A DNA stretch of 62,323 nucleotides, filler included, from an uncultured virus (IMG/VR IMGVR_UViG_3300005239_002389) (Duplodnaviria; Heunggongvirae; Uroviricota; Caudoviricetes). It is 8 parts of one record of this genome, joined end to end, with 100 filler letters (N's around TTAATTAATTAA, not from the genome) between each part and the next. Parts side by side here need not be neighbours in the genome. Positions count along the whole stretch, not along the records: positions 17,204 to 31,660 come from IMGVR_UViG_3300005239_002389; 7 more parts are not named here. One strand, 5' to 3'. The position numbers and the translations under genes were made by a program. How positions within the stretch are numbered: the first letter of the stretch is position 1; each line of letters begins with the position of its first letter. Below are positions 21,111 through 30,610 of the stretch, piece by piece. Below the pieces are notes generated by a model. It worked only from the letters and a program-made list of their open reading frames with translations. It searched no databases and was not told the DNA's origin.

Positions 21111-21620
21111 TTAAGTAGTAGGTTGTGAAGGCCACTCAACGTCCCAGGGAAAACCTGTCTGTTGGGGGATCGTTCTTAAGCTCTCACGATAGACAGCCCA
21201 GGCATTTTTGCCGTCCGCATCTAAAGGAGAATCTGTTAGTTGAGTCCAGTCACATTCAGTTAGTTTATTGTTACGTTGGTCACGTACAGAACTTGCTTGA
21301 GATGCATCTAAACGAGCTTCATACTCAGTTTGCTGGTGCAGTGCAGTAGTTATAACACCGTCACCATCAACAGAGTCAGTGAAAATAGGACCTACTACGT
21401 AGCGTGTGAACCACTTACCCTCAATCTCTTCGACGCCGGATCGGACGCTGGTTTGATAAGGAGGCGTAGTAGAGGCTTGTGGTCCTTCAAGAACAGGATC
21501 CACGCCAAAATTGTTCATCGTTTCTTGACTTAAAGTCTTTGAAAACGAAGTGTTTGAGTGGCGACGACGGAATTCAGATTCCGAAATCACCTCGCCAGTT
21601 TCACGAATACGTAATTCCAT
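21111..21620 (-). CDS. Tail fibre assembly chaperone-like protein
   Basis: RDQRNNKLTECDWTQLTDSPL...WAVYRESLRTIPQQTGFPWDVEWP. Confidence 0.85.
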   Translation of the reverse strand: MELRIRETGEVISESEFRRRHSNTSFSKTLSQETMNNFGVDPVLEGPQASTTPPYQTSVRSGVEEIEGKWFTRYVVGPIFTDSVDGDGVITTALHQQTEYEARLDASQASSVRDQRNNKLTECDWTQLTDSPLDADGKNAWAVYRESLRTIPQQTGFPWDVEWPSQPTT

Positions 21621-21638
21621 AATTAAATTCTACTACTT

Positions 21639-23708
21639 TTAAGCAATAGCGAGAAAAATGTAAGTGCCGCCATCGGCATTTAATCCGGCTGGGGCGGAAC
21701 TTGTAACGGTAAATCCAGAAGCCAACGGGTCGATGTAATCAGTGTTTGTGACTTCTGCTGCGGTGGTGTTAAGAAGCAAGTACGGATCATTGCCACTCAC
21801 GATGCCTCGCGCTGAGTCGTAAGCAAACCAATCACCAGTGGCGTCTGTGCGTTTAAATAGGATAAATCGTGCGCCTGAACTAAAGCCGCAGTCAACATTG
21901 ATTGCGTTACCTGTCCCGGTGTAATTTCCTACTTTACTAATACCGGCTAGGGTTGCGAAGAGGTAATTAACGTAACCCTGTCCGTAGGCATTTATATCTC
22001 CGTAATTATTTACTGAAAATACAGTTGATGTTGGCTGTGTAGAGTTTAAGTACACTATATCCAAGCCAGCAGCGGGTGCACTATCGTCTGTTTCTAAACG
22101 AAGCAGCCTATTTGAACCGCTAGTGTTTTCCCAAGCGTATTTTGAATACACAAACCATGGTGATGCAGTTGTCCGATTTTTTAGTATCATTATTTCTGGC
22201 TCTACAGTAAGGTTGTGGTTTATGTTTCGCGTTACACCTGTCCCCTCATAAGCAACTACATCAAAGAAACCGGGGGCGCGTTTAAAGTTCCACCAGGACA
22301 TTGGATAGCCGCTGTAGAAAGGTGCATCTACAAATCCGGTATTGTCAAAACCACGCGTTAACGCTGTGGTTGTCTCAGCACCTGTTGATGAGGAATAAAG
22401 ATTTCTTCCAGATGCAGTAGCATTTGTTGAAACACCCCGAAGTCGGTCATTAAAAAAGCTGCCGCCAATCGCAGTACTGGATGTATCCCTACTAATTTGT
22501 AGATCAATGGGAAATCCCGTTGTCCTAGTTGTACCTCCTACTGCTGTTGCCGCAAACGGCATAAACACTTCCGTACCAGCTTCCGGCGGCTTATTTGGAC
22601 GGCGGATTGCCATGTAGATGTAGGTGCCGCTGTCACGATTAAATTCAGTAGCACCGGACTGTACAGTAAATCCGGTAGATGTTGTTAAAAATTGATTTTG
22701 TGTATTTGCTGCAGCTGAACCGTTTCCACGCTTTCCTTCCGCAGCAGTTAAATTTGCAAACAGCAAGTGGTTGTATCCAGAGGCGCTTGTATATAGAGGA
22801 GCGTTTAATCCCCTCATATTGTCTTGAATGATCCAAGAATGATATGCGGAGTTGCTTGGATCATTCGAGTCTGTCCGCTTTACCATTAGCCACTGAGGCT
22901 CAAACCCTAAATCGATTGTTGGCCCGGTAGTAGTGCTTCCGTTTCCCGTATAACTCCCACATTTGATAATGCTTTCATCTTCATCAGTGCCAAACACTGG
23001 CTCGTCATGAGCGAAAAGGTAGGCGACGTAGGTGTCGCCGTCTGTATTGACATCATTACTAATTCCCACCGTAAATTCAGTGCTAGTAGGAGCCGTGTTA
23101 TTCCAATAGTTAGCACTGGGACCTACTTCCGCATTCGTAAGATCTAATATTGCAGCTTTTGTTGCACCTAGGCTTCGATGATAAACAAGCCAATTAGTTC
23201 CTACAGTATTAGTACACTTGACCATTATCATGCCCGGTGTACTTCCTAAATCATGAGCCACAGTGCGGTTAGATCCTGTACCGGTGTACTGGACGCACGT
23301 AAAAAATCCAGGAGCCTTTCTGAAACTCCACGCAACTTGTGTGTCTGAAGCTGTATTAGTGTTTGAGTTATTACCTAGAGTAAGACCATTACTATTAAAC
23401 GAAGTAGCTACAGCATTAGCCGCAGATCCCGGTGAGTATTCTGCTTCTGCTAGATTAGGATATAGGCTCTTGTAGTTCCCACTTCCATCAACACCTCGTG
23501 CGCTGTCAACAACAGCATGGTTTCGAGTTGCACTCCTAGATTTCAACCAGACCATTCCCCCTTCTGCATCTAGATCTTGGCCAGTTGCAAGGGCAAGGGA
23601 ACTTCCAGTGGCTGTATACAAAAACGTACTAAATACATCATCAACGTAAAGCGAACTAGCAGCAGCCCCGGCAGCACCTTGAATTAAACGTAGAGTAGTA
23701 GGATCCAT
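21639..23708 (-). CDS. Tail fibre or adhesin with repeated YTGxG...GFxPxxxxxKR...W domains
   Basis: About six internal repeats (e.g. SYTGNG...LGFEPQWLMVKRTD; GTYIFLAIA); next to the chaperone. Confidence 0.8.
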   Translation of the reverse strand: MDPTTLRLIQGAAGAAASSLYVDDVFSTFLYTATGSSLALATGQDLDAEGGMVWLKSRSATRNHAVVDSARGVDGSGNYKSLYPNLAEAEYSPGSAANAVATSFNSNGLTLGNNSNTNTASDTQVAWSFRKAPGFFTCVQYTGTGSNRTVAHDLGSTPGMIMVKCTNTVGTNWLVYHRSLGATKAAILDLTNAEVGPSANYWNNTAPTSTEFTVGISNDVNTDGDTYVAYLFAHDEPVFGTDEDESIIKCGSYTGNGSTTTGPTIDLGFEPQWLMVKRTDSNDPSNSAYHSWIIQDNMRGLNAPLYTSASGYNHLLFANLTAAEGKRGNGSAAANTQNQFLTTSTGFTVQSGATEFNRDSGTYIYMAIRRPNKPPEAGTEVFMPFAATAVGGTTRTTGFPIDLQISRDTSSTAIGGSFFNDRLRGVSTNATASGRNLYSSSTGAETTTALTRGFDNTGFVDAPFYSGYPMSWWNFKRAPGFFDVVAYEGTGVTRNINHNLTVEPEIMILKNRTTASPWFVYSKYAWENTSGSNRLLRLETDDSAPAAGLDIVYLNSTQPTSTVFSVNNYGDINAYGQGYVNYLFATLAGISKVGNYTGTGNAINVDCGFSSGARFILFKRTDATGDWFAYDSARGIVSGNDPYLLLNTTAAEVTNTDYIDPLASGFTVTSSAPAGLNADGGTYIFLAIA

Positions 23709-23713
23709 TTATA

Positions 23714-24325
23714 TCAAGTTGTGTAGTCAACAAGAGAAGATGCACGCCAAGTACTACCAGTATCGTCAGTGACAAACATAAACAGGTGTGTTTTACCAGT
23801 TGTCAGTGTTGGGGCAGTAGATGCAGGCCATTCAATCGAAGTATCCCAAGAAATTGTTCCCGCTGTGTGCTCAACTTCGTAAGTCAAACTATATGAATTA
23901 GCTGGGATTGGAGCAACAAAATAGACAAGAGAGTCTGTGCTCAGTGTCGCTGTGAAATAGTTACCGGAGGCACAAGGAATACCACTTCCATTTGCGCCTA
24001 ATGCCGTGACCACGGAGCGGAGTTGTCCATCTAGGATGCCTCCTGAAATAGCAAACTTGGTGTTAGCTGTAGTTTCAGCAGCAGCTGCATCAACAAGAGC
24101 TGCATTACCAGAAGCGAGAGCAACACCAGCATCAACAAGAGCTGCATTACCAGAAGCAAGAGCTTCGTGTGCTACATCACCGCTTGCACTGGGGGCATAA
24201 CGTACATCTAGAACGCCAATATCTACCCTTTGGTTAGTTACACCAGAGGCTCGGACAATAGGAAAGTAATCACCGCTCGCAACCGTTGTGATCGCACCAA
24301 GTTGCGAAATCTTTTGGCTTGCCAT
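23714..24325 (-). CDS. Tail or fibre-associated protein
   Basis: KISQL N-terminus, 14-aa ALASGNAALVDA repeat, WPASTAPTLTTGKTHLFMFVTDDTGSTWR C-terminus. Confidence 0.8.
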   Translation of the reverse strand: MASQKISQLGAITTVASGDYFPIVRASGVTNQRVDIGVLDVRYAPSASGDVAHEALASGNAALVDAGVALASGNAALVDAAAAETTANTKFAISGGILDGQLRSVVTALGANGSGIPCASGNYFTATLSTDSLVYFVAPIPANSYSLTYEVEHTAGTISWDTSIEWPASTAPTLTTGKTHLFMFVTDDTGSTWRASSLVDYTT

Positions 24326-24330
24326 GCGAT

Positions 24331-24810
24331 TTAAGCAGATGCGGTCTCTAGATCAATAGTCGATCCGTCTTCTAATAATAACGCCTCGATCAGTAATCCG
24401 ACACTGGCTTCAAGAAGGATAACTGAATTCGGGTTAGTAATAAGCTGAGGGGGTATAGTTTCAATAGATAAAGTTGTGGAAGTAACGACTCGACCCACAT
24501 TCGTTAAGAAAGCGTCTATAGAAACAGATGCCAGCTCAGCAGCAAACTCACTGAAAGAAATCAATAAGCCAGGAGTAAGAACGGATAAATATCTAAAGTC
24601 ACCAGGAGTTAGACCAGAATAACCAGTGTAAACACCATCAGCATTGATGCGAAGTATGCCCCCAGAGCTCACCGTATCAACGGCAATACCTAGAACAGAG
24701 GCGTTAGTGACTGTATCGGCTTTAGCAAGCGCAGCCTGACCAGTTGAAGTCACATAGACCGCGTTCCCAGCAGAGATATTTTCGCTAGCAATTAAACTCG
24801 CAATAGCCAT
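24331..24810 (-). CDS. DUF2190-like capsid cement or fibre-base protein
   Basis: ASENISAGNAVYV...AKAD...VLGIAVDTVSSG...GLTPGDFRYLS...VGRVVTST. Confidence 0.7.
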   Translation of the reverse strand: MAIASLIASENISAGNAVYVTSTGQAALAKADTVTNASVLGIAVDTVSSGGILRINADGVYTGYSGLTPGDFRYLSVLTPGLLISFSEFAAELASVSIDAFLTNVGRVVTSTTLSIETIPPQLITNPNSVILLEASVGLLIEALLLEDGSTIDLETASA

Positions 24811-24836
24811 CTCTGCTTAAACCCATATTCTTAAGT

Positions 24837-24968
24837 TTAGCGCTTTCCCTGGCCACGGTATTTCTTCCTGCCTCTACGTACAGGACGTGAGTGACGGCCA
24901 TCACCAATAGAAGTTGTTTTTGGTTTGAAAAAAATGTTGTTAGAAGTGTGCGCCTTAGCCTTCGCCAT
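24837..24968 (-). CDS. Small basic protein ending KKYRGQGKR, not in the ORF track
   Basis: MAKAKAHTSNNIFFKPKTTSIGDGRHSRPVRRGRKKYRGQGKR; YRGQG-type small phage protein. Confidence 0.75.
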   Translation of the reverse strand: MAKAKAHTSNNIFFKPKTTSIGDGRHSRPVRRGRKKYRGQGKR

Positions 24969-25016
24969 TTTTATGAGGGAGTTCCAGTCAGCTTAGCGAA
25001 TAGCAATAAGCTGTCA

Positions 25017-25958
25017 TCAAGTATTTGCGTCAACCCAAGTTGTGCCATTCCAAACCTTGAGTGCGTTGGCTGTGTCGTCATACCAACCCTCTCCAGGAAC
25101 CTGTGCAGAAGGTGCAGCGGTTGAATAAGCAAAGGAACGACGAGGACCAGACTCGTACCAACCGGAGGTAACAGCGTCGTACACAAATATTGATCCCACC
25201 AGTTCGTGGAAGAAAGCCGATCCATCACGAGGCGGTGCGTTGGTCCCTGTGCCCGAAGGAGGGGTAGTGCCCTTGAGAATAATTCCTTCGGCGTTGGTTT
25301 GATACCAATTCGGTTGAGCGACAGAACCACCGGATGCGTAAACAAACATTCGGCCTTGGTTTACGTCAAACCACAGGTCGCCGGTGCCGTAACCAGTTCC
25401 GGGAGAGCCAGAAACAGTGACAGATACACCGCTTCCACCGCCGCCTCCACCGCCTCCTTGGGTGTCTGTACCACTAACAATGACGGAGGTTCCGCTGTAA
25501 GTAATAGTTACAGACCCTTCATCGAGGAAGTGGCCTGAAACAACGTTGTCATACACAGCGTCGTAGTCAACATTGACGACAGAACCGCCCTGAGTCAGGT
25601 AGATACCAGAACCAGCTCCAATAGAAATACCAGAAGCTGAAACTACACTCGCATTAATAACTGTAGAAGTACCAGAAGAGGTGAAGTAAATACCCGATCC
25701 AGGTGAAATATCTGAAGCTCCTCCCCCGCCTCCAGAAATACCCGATATAGAGGTATTTAAGTCTTCTAAAGCTCTGACAACACCGTCGAAGTTAGGTTCA
25801 TAACCGTAAGCACACCGAGAGTAAGATACTGTTCCCACACCACTAACCGTGTCGATAATTTGTGAGATAACGGTAACTATGCCGTTAAAAGAAGCCTCAT
25901 GCAGGGCACGAGGTAAAGAGCCGTGCGTTACGCACGGAGGAATATTTCTTTCCGGCAT
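25017..25958 (-). CDS. Gly/Ser-rich fibre-like structural protein
   Basis: GDLWFD...MFVY and GEGWYD...LKVWNGTTW repeats; poly-Gly hinges. Confidence 0.8.
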   Translation of the reverse strand: MPERNIPPCVTHGSLPRALHEASFNGIVTVISQIIDTVSGVGTVSYSRCAYGYEPNFDGVVRALEDLNTSISGISGGGGGASDISPGSGIYFTSSGTSTVINASVVSASGISIGAGSGIYLTQGGSVVNVDYDAVYDNVVSGHFLDEGSVTITYSGTSVIVSGTDTQGGGGGGGGSGVSVTVSGSPGTGYGTGDLWFDVNQGRMFVYASGGSVAQPNWYQTNAEGIILKGTTPPSGTGTNAPPRDGSAFFHELVGSIFVYDAVTSGWYESGPRRSFAYSTAAPSAQVPGEGWYDDTANALKVWNGTTWVDANT

Positions 25959-25976
25959 CAGTAATAAACGCCCTCC

Positions 25977-26156
25977 CTATTTTGAGTTTAGCTCATTTTT
26001 ATAGCTGCTTTCACCTTTTACCACTAATGAACCATTAGAAGAATGAAAAGTGAACTCTTCGGCCAACTTCCAAGCAGGTATTCCTAGGAGATCAGCCTTG
26101 CGTTTAAGAGCGCTCCAAGAAAGGTCTGTAGAAGCTTGCAGATGAGCTGAAGCCAT
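25977..26156 (-). CDS. Small hypothetical protein
   Basis: MASAHLQAS...WSALKRKADLLGIPAWKLAEE; start uncertain. Confidence 0.5.
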   Translation of the reverse strand: MASAHLQASTDLSWSALKRKADLLGIPAWKLAEEFTFHSSNGSLVVKGESSYKNELNSK

Positions 26157-26179
26157 GAGTCTCATGCAATTACTCAAAG

Positions 26180-26579
26180 CTTAACAAAGTAAGAAGAAAA
26201 CCGCAAAGATTGTAAAAAACACCCCCAAAGGGCTACATGGGATCTACTCACAAAGAATGTGACACTTGTATCCTTTGATGAACATTTCGGATTACAACAA
26301 AACCACGTGCGTTTATCGTCACGATCTAGTCTGAAAAGTTTTTAGAAATTTGGTTCTTGACAAAGTGTCGTCAAGCTGAAATTTATATATTTATTTAAAA
26401 AGTATTTTATAAGTACTGGGGTTTGACTCTGTCGCAAACGTGAATCCGCATATAGAGTCCCAAAAAAGCGACTTGCGTCAAAAAAACCTTTGTTAGAGAA
26501 AGTTTAAGAAGGGGGGTTTCGGACTTCCGGAAGCACCAAAGCAAACCATGAACTTGCGTGCGCTTAGTTTGCTAGGATC
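26180..26579. promoter_or_regulatory. AT-rich divergent control region
   Basis: About 400 nt without an ORF between divergent operons; TTGACA inside a CTTGAC-N8-GTCAAG inverted repeat. Confidence 0.55.
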
Positions 26580-27305
26580 ATGAGACAAGAACAAGAAAAT
26601 CAATCTGTTTTGGACAAGGCGACTCTTCTGACGAGGCTTTTCGGAGTCTTGGATCCTTCTTTGGATGCCACGCCAGAGGGTTCCGTCGTTTGCACCAGTG
26701 TTCAGGGTTTTTGGAAGGTTTCCCAGTACAAGAACGGATCCTCTTTTACCTGTCGTTGTGGGCGATCAGAGCCTTTTTTCCTACCTTCAGAACACGTAGA
26801 GCGACACCCTCTTAGAGAGGCTTCTGCAGGGTGTCATGTCTGTCAAAACGCTCTTCACTCAGCCACAACCAAAGCCGAGAGGCTGGGAGCGTGGATCGAC
26901 TCTCGCAGGGCCGTCATAAACACAGAAGAACACCTAGAGCTTCCAGGCGACTGTGGACAGCTCTATATCAAAGATCCGCACGAAAGCAACTCTTGCGCTA
27001 TTATTCGCACACGTCACTTTGTGTATACTCATTTCTATAGAAAACCTGTTCCACAAGGGTTTTGTGTTACCAGCACCTGTAGAAAGAGTTTATGCCTAAA
27101 TCCACACCACTTATGTCTAAGCCCAGTTCGTCACAGCAAGCTCAGCACCCGTACTCGAAGATTAATAGAGAAGCTATCCTCTTTGGGGATGTCCCCAAAA
27201 ACGATCCAACTCTTTTTGCGCGAAGAGCACTCCGTAGAGCTTTCGGTGAGATCCGTGCAGCGGACGTTAAAAGAAGCAAGAGAATCAGAAAATTGCGTTT
27301 TCTGA
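26580..27305 (+). CDS. Zn-ribbon, degenerate HNH zinc loop and HTH protein
   Basis: CRCG...CHVC; HFVYTHFY...VTSTCRKSLCLNPHHL; SKLS...GMSPKTI...LSVRSVQRTL. Confidence 0.75.
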   Translation: MRQEQENQSVLDKATLLTRLFGVLDPSLDATPEGSVVCTSVQGFWKVSQYKNGSSFTCRCGRSEPFFLPSEHVERHPLREASAGCHVCQNALHSATTKAERLGAWIDSRRAVINTEEHLELPGDCGQLYIKDPHESNSCAIIRTRHFVYTHFYRKPVPQGFCVTSTCRKSLCLNPHHLCLSPVRHSKLSTRTRRLIEKLSSLGMSPKTIQLFLREEHSVELSVRSVQRTLKEARESENCVF

Positions 27306-27520
27306 TTTATGAGCTACAGTCCATACAGCCAGCGGAGCTAGAACACATTTCGGGCGCTATAGGGCAGTCCAAAAATACCACCAAAGACCAATTAGACAAG
27401 TTAATTGCTTGTGACCTAGTAGTAAAAACAGTATTCGAAAAGCACACTCTGTACTGTATAAACGGTCTTTACAACAAAACTATTTCTTCAAAAATTATCG
27501 ATGGACTATTCGACAACTAG
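27293..27520 (+). CDS. Winged-HTH protein (start uncertain)
   Basis: LEHISGAIGQSKNTTKDQLDKLIACDLVVK...LYCI. Confidence 0.6.
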   Translation: MRFLIYELQSIQPAELEHISGAIGQSKNTTKDQLDKLIACDLVVKTVFEKHTLYCINGLYNKTISSKIIDGLFDN

Positions 27521-27944
27521 TTTTAGAGAGACTCCCACGGTGGTTATAAAGTGGGATTCTGCTTTTGTTATAGAGAACTTACCTCCTTGGGTTTATAAAA
27601 ATAATCACATGCCATTGAGTATGAACGAGTGCAATGCGAAGCTCTCGTCTCTCGACCACACGCTATCCGACATGGATCTGCAGATAGAGGTCAAAAGGTG
27701 TGAAAAAAGAATTGCTGAACTAACAGACGAGTCTTTTGACGAGGTCGACTTTTACGAGCGTTTGCGTAAAATCCATAAAGCAAAGCAGTCAACTCTGTAC
27801 GTTATAAGCGCTTTAAAGTACTGGAAGCATCTCAATACAGCCACAGTGGTTGCTGGTTCTGACGACAAATTCAGCACTCTTGTTGAATTACTAATCGAAG
27901 ACCCACCAAATTTTGTAGATCAGGCACGAAACCTACTAAGCTAG
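27501..27944 (+). CDS. Hypothetical coiled-coil protein
   Basis: 147-aa ORF in the + strand island. Confidence 0.7.
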   Translation: MDYSTTSFRETPTVVIKWDSAFVIENLPPWVYKNNHMPLSMNECNAKLSSLDHTLSDMDLQIEVKRCEKRIAELTDESFDEVDFYERLRKIHKAKQSTLYVISALKYWKHLNTATVVAGSDDKFSTLVELLIEDPPNFVDQARNLLS

Positions 27945-28084
27945 CGGTGACTGTCTTGTAAGAACCGCCTTGACAGTCATCAGAGGTTGAGGCATCATTT
28001 TTGTGGTTTCTGATCCTCACGTAAGCCTCCTGGTTGCCAAGTACTTGGTGGCCTAGGGGGTCCTCTTCTCTACTTTCTTTTACT

Positions 28085-28411
28085 ATGGACATTACTCAAC
28101 TAACAAAACAGCTTCGTGACATTGCAAGTACTCTGGACAGTATCGATGCTTCACTTCAATCCATGTCTCAATCCGATGAGAAAGAGACCAGAGCGTTTGT
28201 GAGCAAAAGAACTATCTGCAGCAGACTAAACGTACCTTCAGTAGCTCTAGACAAACTCATTCATCAAGGTGTTGCATCAGGTGGGGATAGTGGACTAGTT
28301 GAAGGTGTGCATTTCTGCAGAACAGACCCAGCTGAAAGAAACAGTTCCAAGTTCCTCTATGATTCCCAACGTATCCTGAACTCAGCTTGGAGAAGTTTTC
28401 AAAATGTTTAA
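28085..28411 (+). CDS. Hypothetical protein with an HTH/excisionase-like segment
   Basis: FVSKRTICSRLNVPSVALDKLI...GLVEGVHF. Confidence 0.6.
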   Translation: MDITQLTKQLRDIASTLDSIDASLQSMSQSDEKETRAFVSKRTICSRLNVPSVALDKLIHQGVASGGDSGLVEGVHFCRTDPAERNSSKFLYDSQRILNSAWRSFQNV

Positions 28412-28820
28412 CAAGAAGAGAGTAAACGATCTACGCAAGATGCTGTTCAGTGGGAACGAGTCTGAACGGATGATGTCAGCAGGTGTCCTGAGAACAATAT
28501 TTTCAGATATAACCAGGTTGTATTTTGAAAACAAACAAGCAATGGGTTTAGGTCTACTTGTCTTCAACCCAGAAGCACCTGATAAAAGCAAGTACATAAC
28601 TAAAGGAGATCTTGAAAATGATCTTTCTTTAGCTCAAGAAGACTGCAACTCCGTCTTTGAAGAGGGTTTTCAAAAGATGATTAACGTCATTGAGAAAGAA
28701 AAAGACTCTGACCTTGCAATCGTCGCAATGGCTTACGAGGACGGTATAGCAGTCAACCTCATCGATCCAGATCAAATTAACGAAACAATCGACGAACTCA
28801 GCAACGGACTTGTCTACTGA
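28404..28820 (+). CDS. Hypothetical protein
   Basis: 138-aa ORF overlapping its neighbours. Confidence 0.7.
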   Translation: MFNKKRVNDLRKMLFSGNESERMMSAGVLRTIFSDITRLYFENKQAMGLGLLVFNPEAPDKSKYITKGDLENDLSLAQEDCNSVFEEGFQKMINVIEKEKDSDLAIVAMAYEDGIAVNLIDPDQINETIDELSNGLVY

Positions 28821-29098
28821 TGACTACTAGCACCAAAAGAAAACGCGAAGCAAAACCCAGATTTGCGGTAGGCGACACTGTCCAAGAAAACAGTCACAAC
28901 ATACTCATAAACTCACCAGGAGCCGCACAATCTAAAGCTAAGTTCAAGGGACTCAGGGTAGGCGAGGTAAAAAACGTAGTAACTAAAGCTAATAAAGGAG
29001 GAGCTAAGTGTTTCTACTACGAAGTACTTTGGAAAGACATGCAAAGTACTCAAACTATTTCTCAAGTGAGGTTGGTTTTAGCTGATGGTGCTTGCTAG
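28820..29098 (+). CDS. Small hypothetical protein, possibly an SH3-like barrel
   Basis: FAVGDTV...GEVK...YYEVLW. Confidence 0.65.
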   Translation: MTTSTKRKREAKPRFAVGDTVQENSHNILINSPGAAQSKAKFKGLRVGEVKNVVTKANKGGAKCFYYEVLWKDMQSTQTISQVRLVLADGAC

Positions 29099-29663
29099 TA
29101 AAGATTTTGTTTCACCTGTAGATTTGATCGCTACTACCACGGCGTTCTTTGACGGTGAAATAGATCTTGACCCTGCTTCTAGCGAACACGCAAATAGTGT
29201 TGTTCAAGCAAAGCGCTACTTTACGTGGAAAAACAATGGGTTATTGCAAGATTGGACCTGTAAAAATTTATATTTGTTCCCACCTCGTGAGTTACTTCTT
29301 AAGAGCGAGCAACCAAAACCTACTGCTTTGTTCACAAAAACTATGCAATACAAAAAATCTGCTCAAAGAGTTTGGTTAGAGCTTTGTTACCAGAAGTGGC
29401 TAAAGAAAGAGTTTAGTCAGGCAATTACGCTTATAACGTCTACTGAAGTAGCACTACTCGTCACACAAAAAATAGGATTGGATTTTCCAATGTGTGTCCT
29501 AAAGAAAAAACCCAAGCTGTTAAACGATGACGAAAAACTTAAACCTTTAAGATCTACAAAAGTGCTTGGTTTTGTGTTTTATTTTCCTCCTCCGGATAAT
29601 CTAGAGGAGAGCATACAGAAGTTCAGTACTTTCTATAGTACGTTGGGTCGTGTGTACTGTTGA
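29085..29663 (+). CDS. Phage Dam-like adenine methyltransferase homologue with an altered catalytic motif
   Basis: IDLDPASS...RYFT...NGLLQDW...LYLFPPR where NPPY is expected. Confidence 0.7.
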   Translation: MVLASKDFVSPVDLIATTTAFFDGEIDLDPASSEHANSVVQAKRYFTWKNNGLLQDWTCKNLYLFPPRELLLKSEQPKPTALFTKTMQYKKSAQRVWLELCYQKWLKKEFSQAITLITSTEVALLVTQKIGLDFPMCVLKKKPKLLNDDEKLKPLRSTKVLGFVFYFPPPDNLEESIQKFSTFYSTLGRVYC

Positions 29664-29883
29664 GAGGATCTTTTGTGTCCCAATTATCATCAGGACCAAA
29701 CTTATCTTTATCGGCAAAACCTAGCCCACGGGGATTACCGCTTGGTCGGACTTCCTTGTTCTTTTTCTCAATACCGAAAAGTTCTCCGGCAAAACGCATT
29801 GACTTAGTTTCTTTCTCGACGTGATGAGATCGCCGAAAAGCTTTACTGTCTGCTCTTTTTTCTATTGAAGTGCGCCTAAGCAT
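29623..29883 (-). CDS. Small basic hypothetical protein
   Basis: 86-aa ORF coupled to the upstream gene. Confidence 0.65.
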   Translation of the reverse strand: MLRRTSIEKRADSKAFRRSHHVEKETKSMRFAGELFGIEKKNKEVRPSGNPRGLGFADKDKFGPDDNWDTKDPLNSTHDPTYYRKY

Positions 29884-30589
29884 CAGACGCCGTAGTTCAT
29901 AAGAGATTGACCAGGGCCAGCACCGCCAGCTATTGCACGAGTGTAGTCGTTGACTTGAGGTCGACCAAAGTTCATCATGCTCACTGCATCCGGATCATTC
30001 ATGTACGTAATCAGGGGATTAGCTTGGTTGTAACCAACTTCTGGACTGAAGTCGACAGCATTAGGGAATATCTTACGAGGATCAGTGTCTACGACTCTCG
30101 TGTACGCCTCCATGACCGGCGAGTTATATAGCCCAAATTTCTGTCGTGAATCTTGAATAGTGTCTTCTAACTTAGCTGTTCCGTAACTCAGATCAGGCTG
30201 AAAATTATTCAGCATATCTGTGTATTTACCTGTCATTCCACTGCTGGTGTTACTGAAGCGCTCTTTATAGTCAGCTACAGCGTCAGCAGTGTTTTGACCA
30301 GTGAAGTTTTGATTTAGATCAAAAACATCATAGAGCTTTCCTTCTTGTACGCCGCCTCGAGAATCTAGATCGGCAGTAGATCTCGCTACTACTTCTTCTA
30401 GTTCTTCTATAGCTTTTTTAAAACTGTCACTAAGATCACCACCACCCCCACCGCTCTTAAAAGCTCCGATAATGTCACCGATACCACCTAGGGCACGACC
30501 AATATCCTGAAAATTGATGTTTTTTCCTGCAGTTGCTGCTTCCCCAAATTTGCTTTATTGACATCTGCCTGAGATCCAGCTAACGACAT
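29883..30589 (-). CDS. Hypothetical protein, possibly internal virion; frameshift near 30550
   Basis: Frame is open upstream of the track ORF to about 30553 (FGEAATAGKNINFQDIGRALGG...) and joins ATG 30589 with one added base. Confidence 0.65.
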
Positions 30590-30610
30590 CGTCTTAAATC
30601 AAACCTATAC

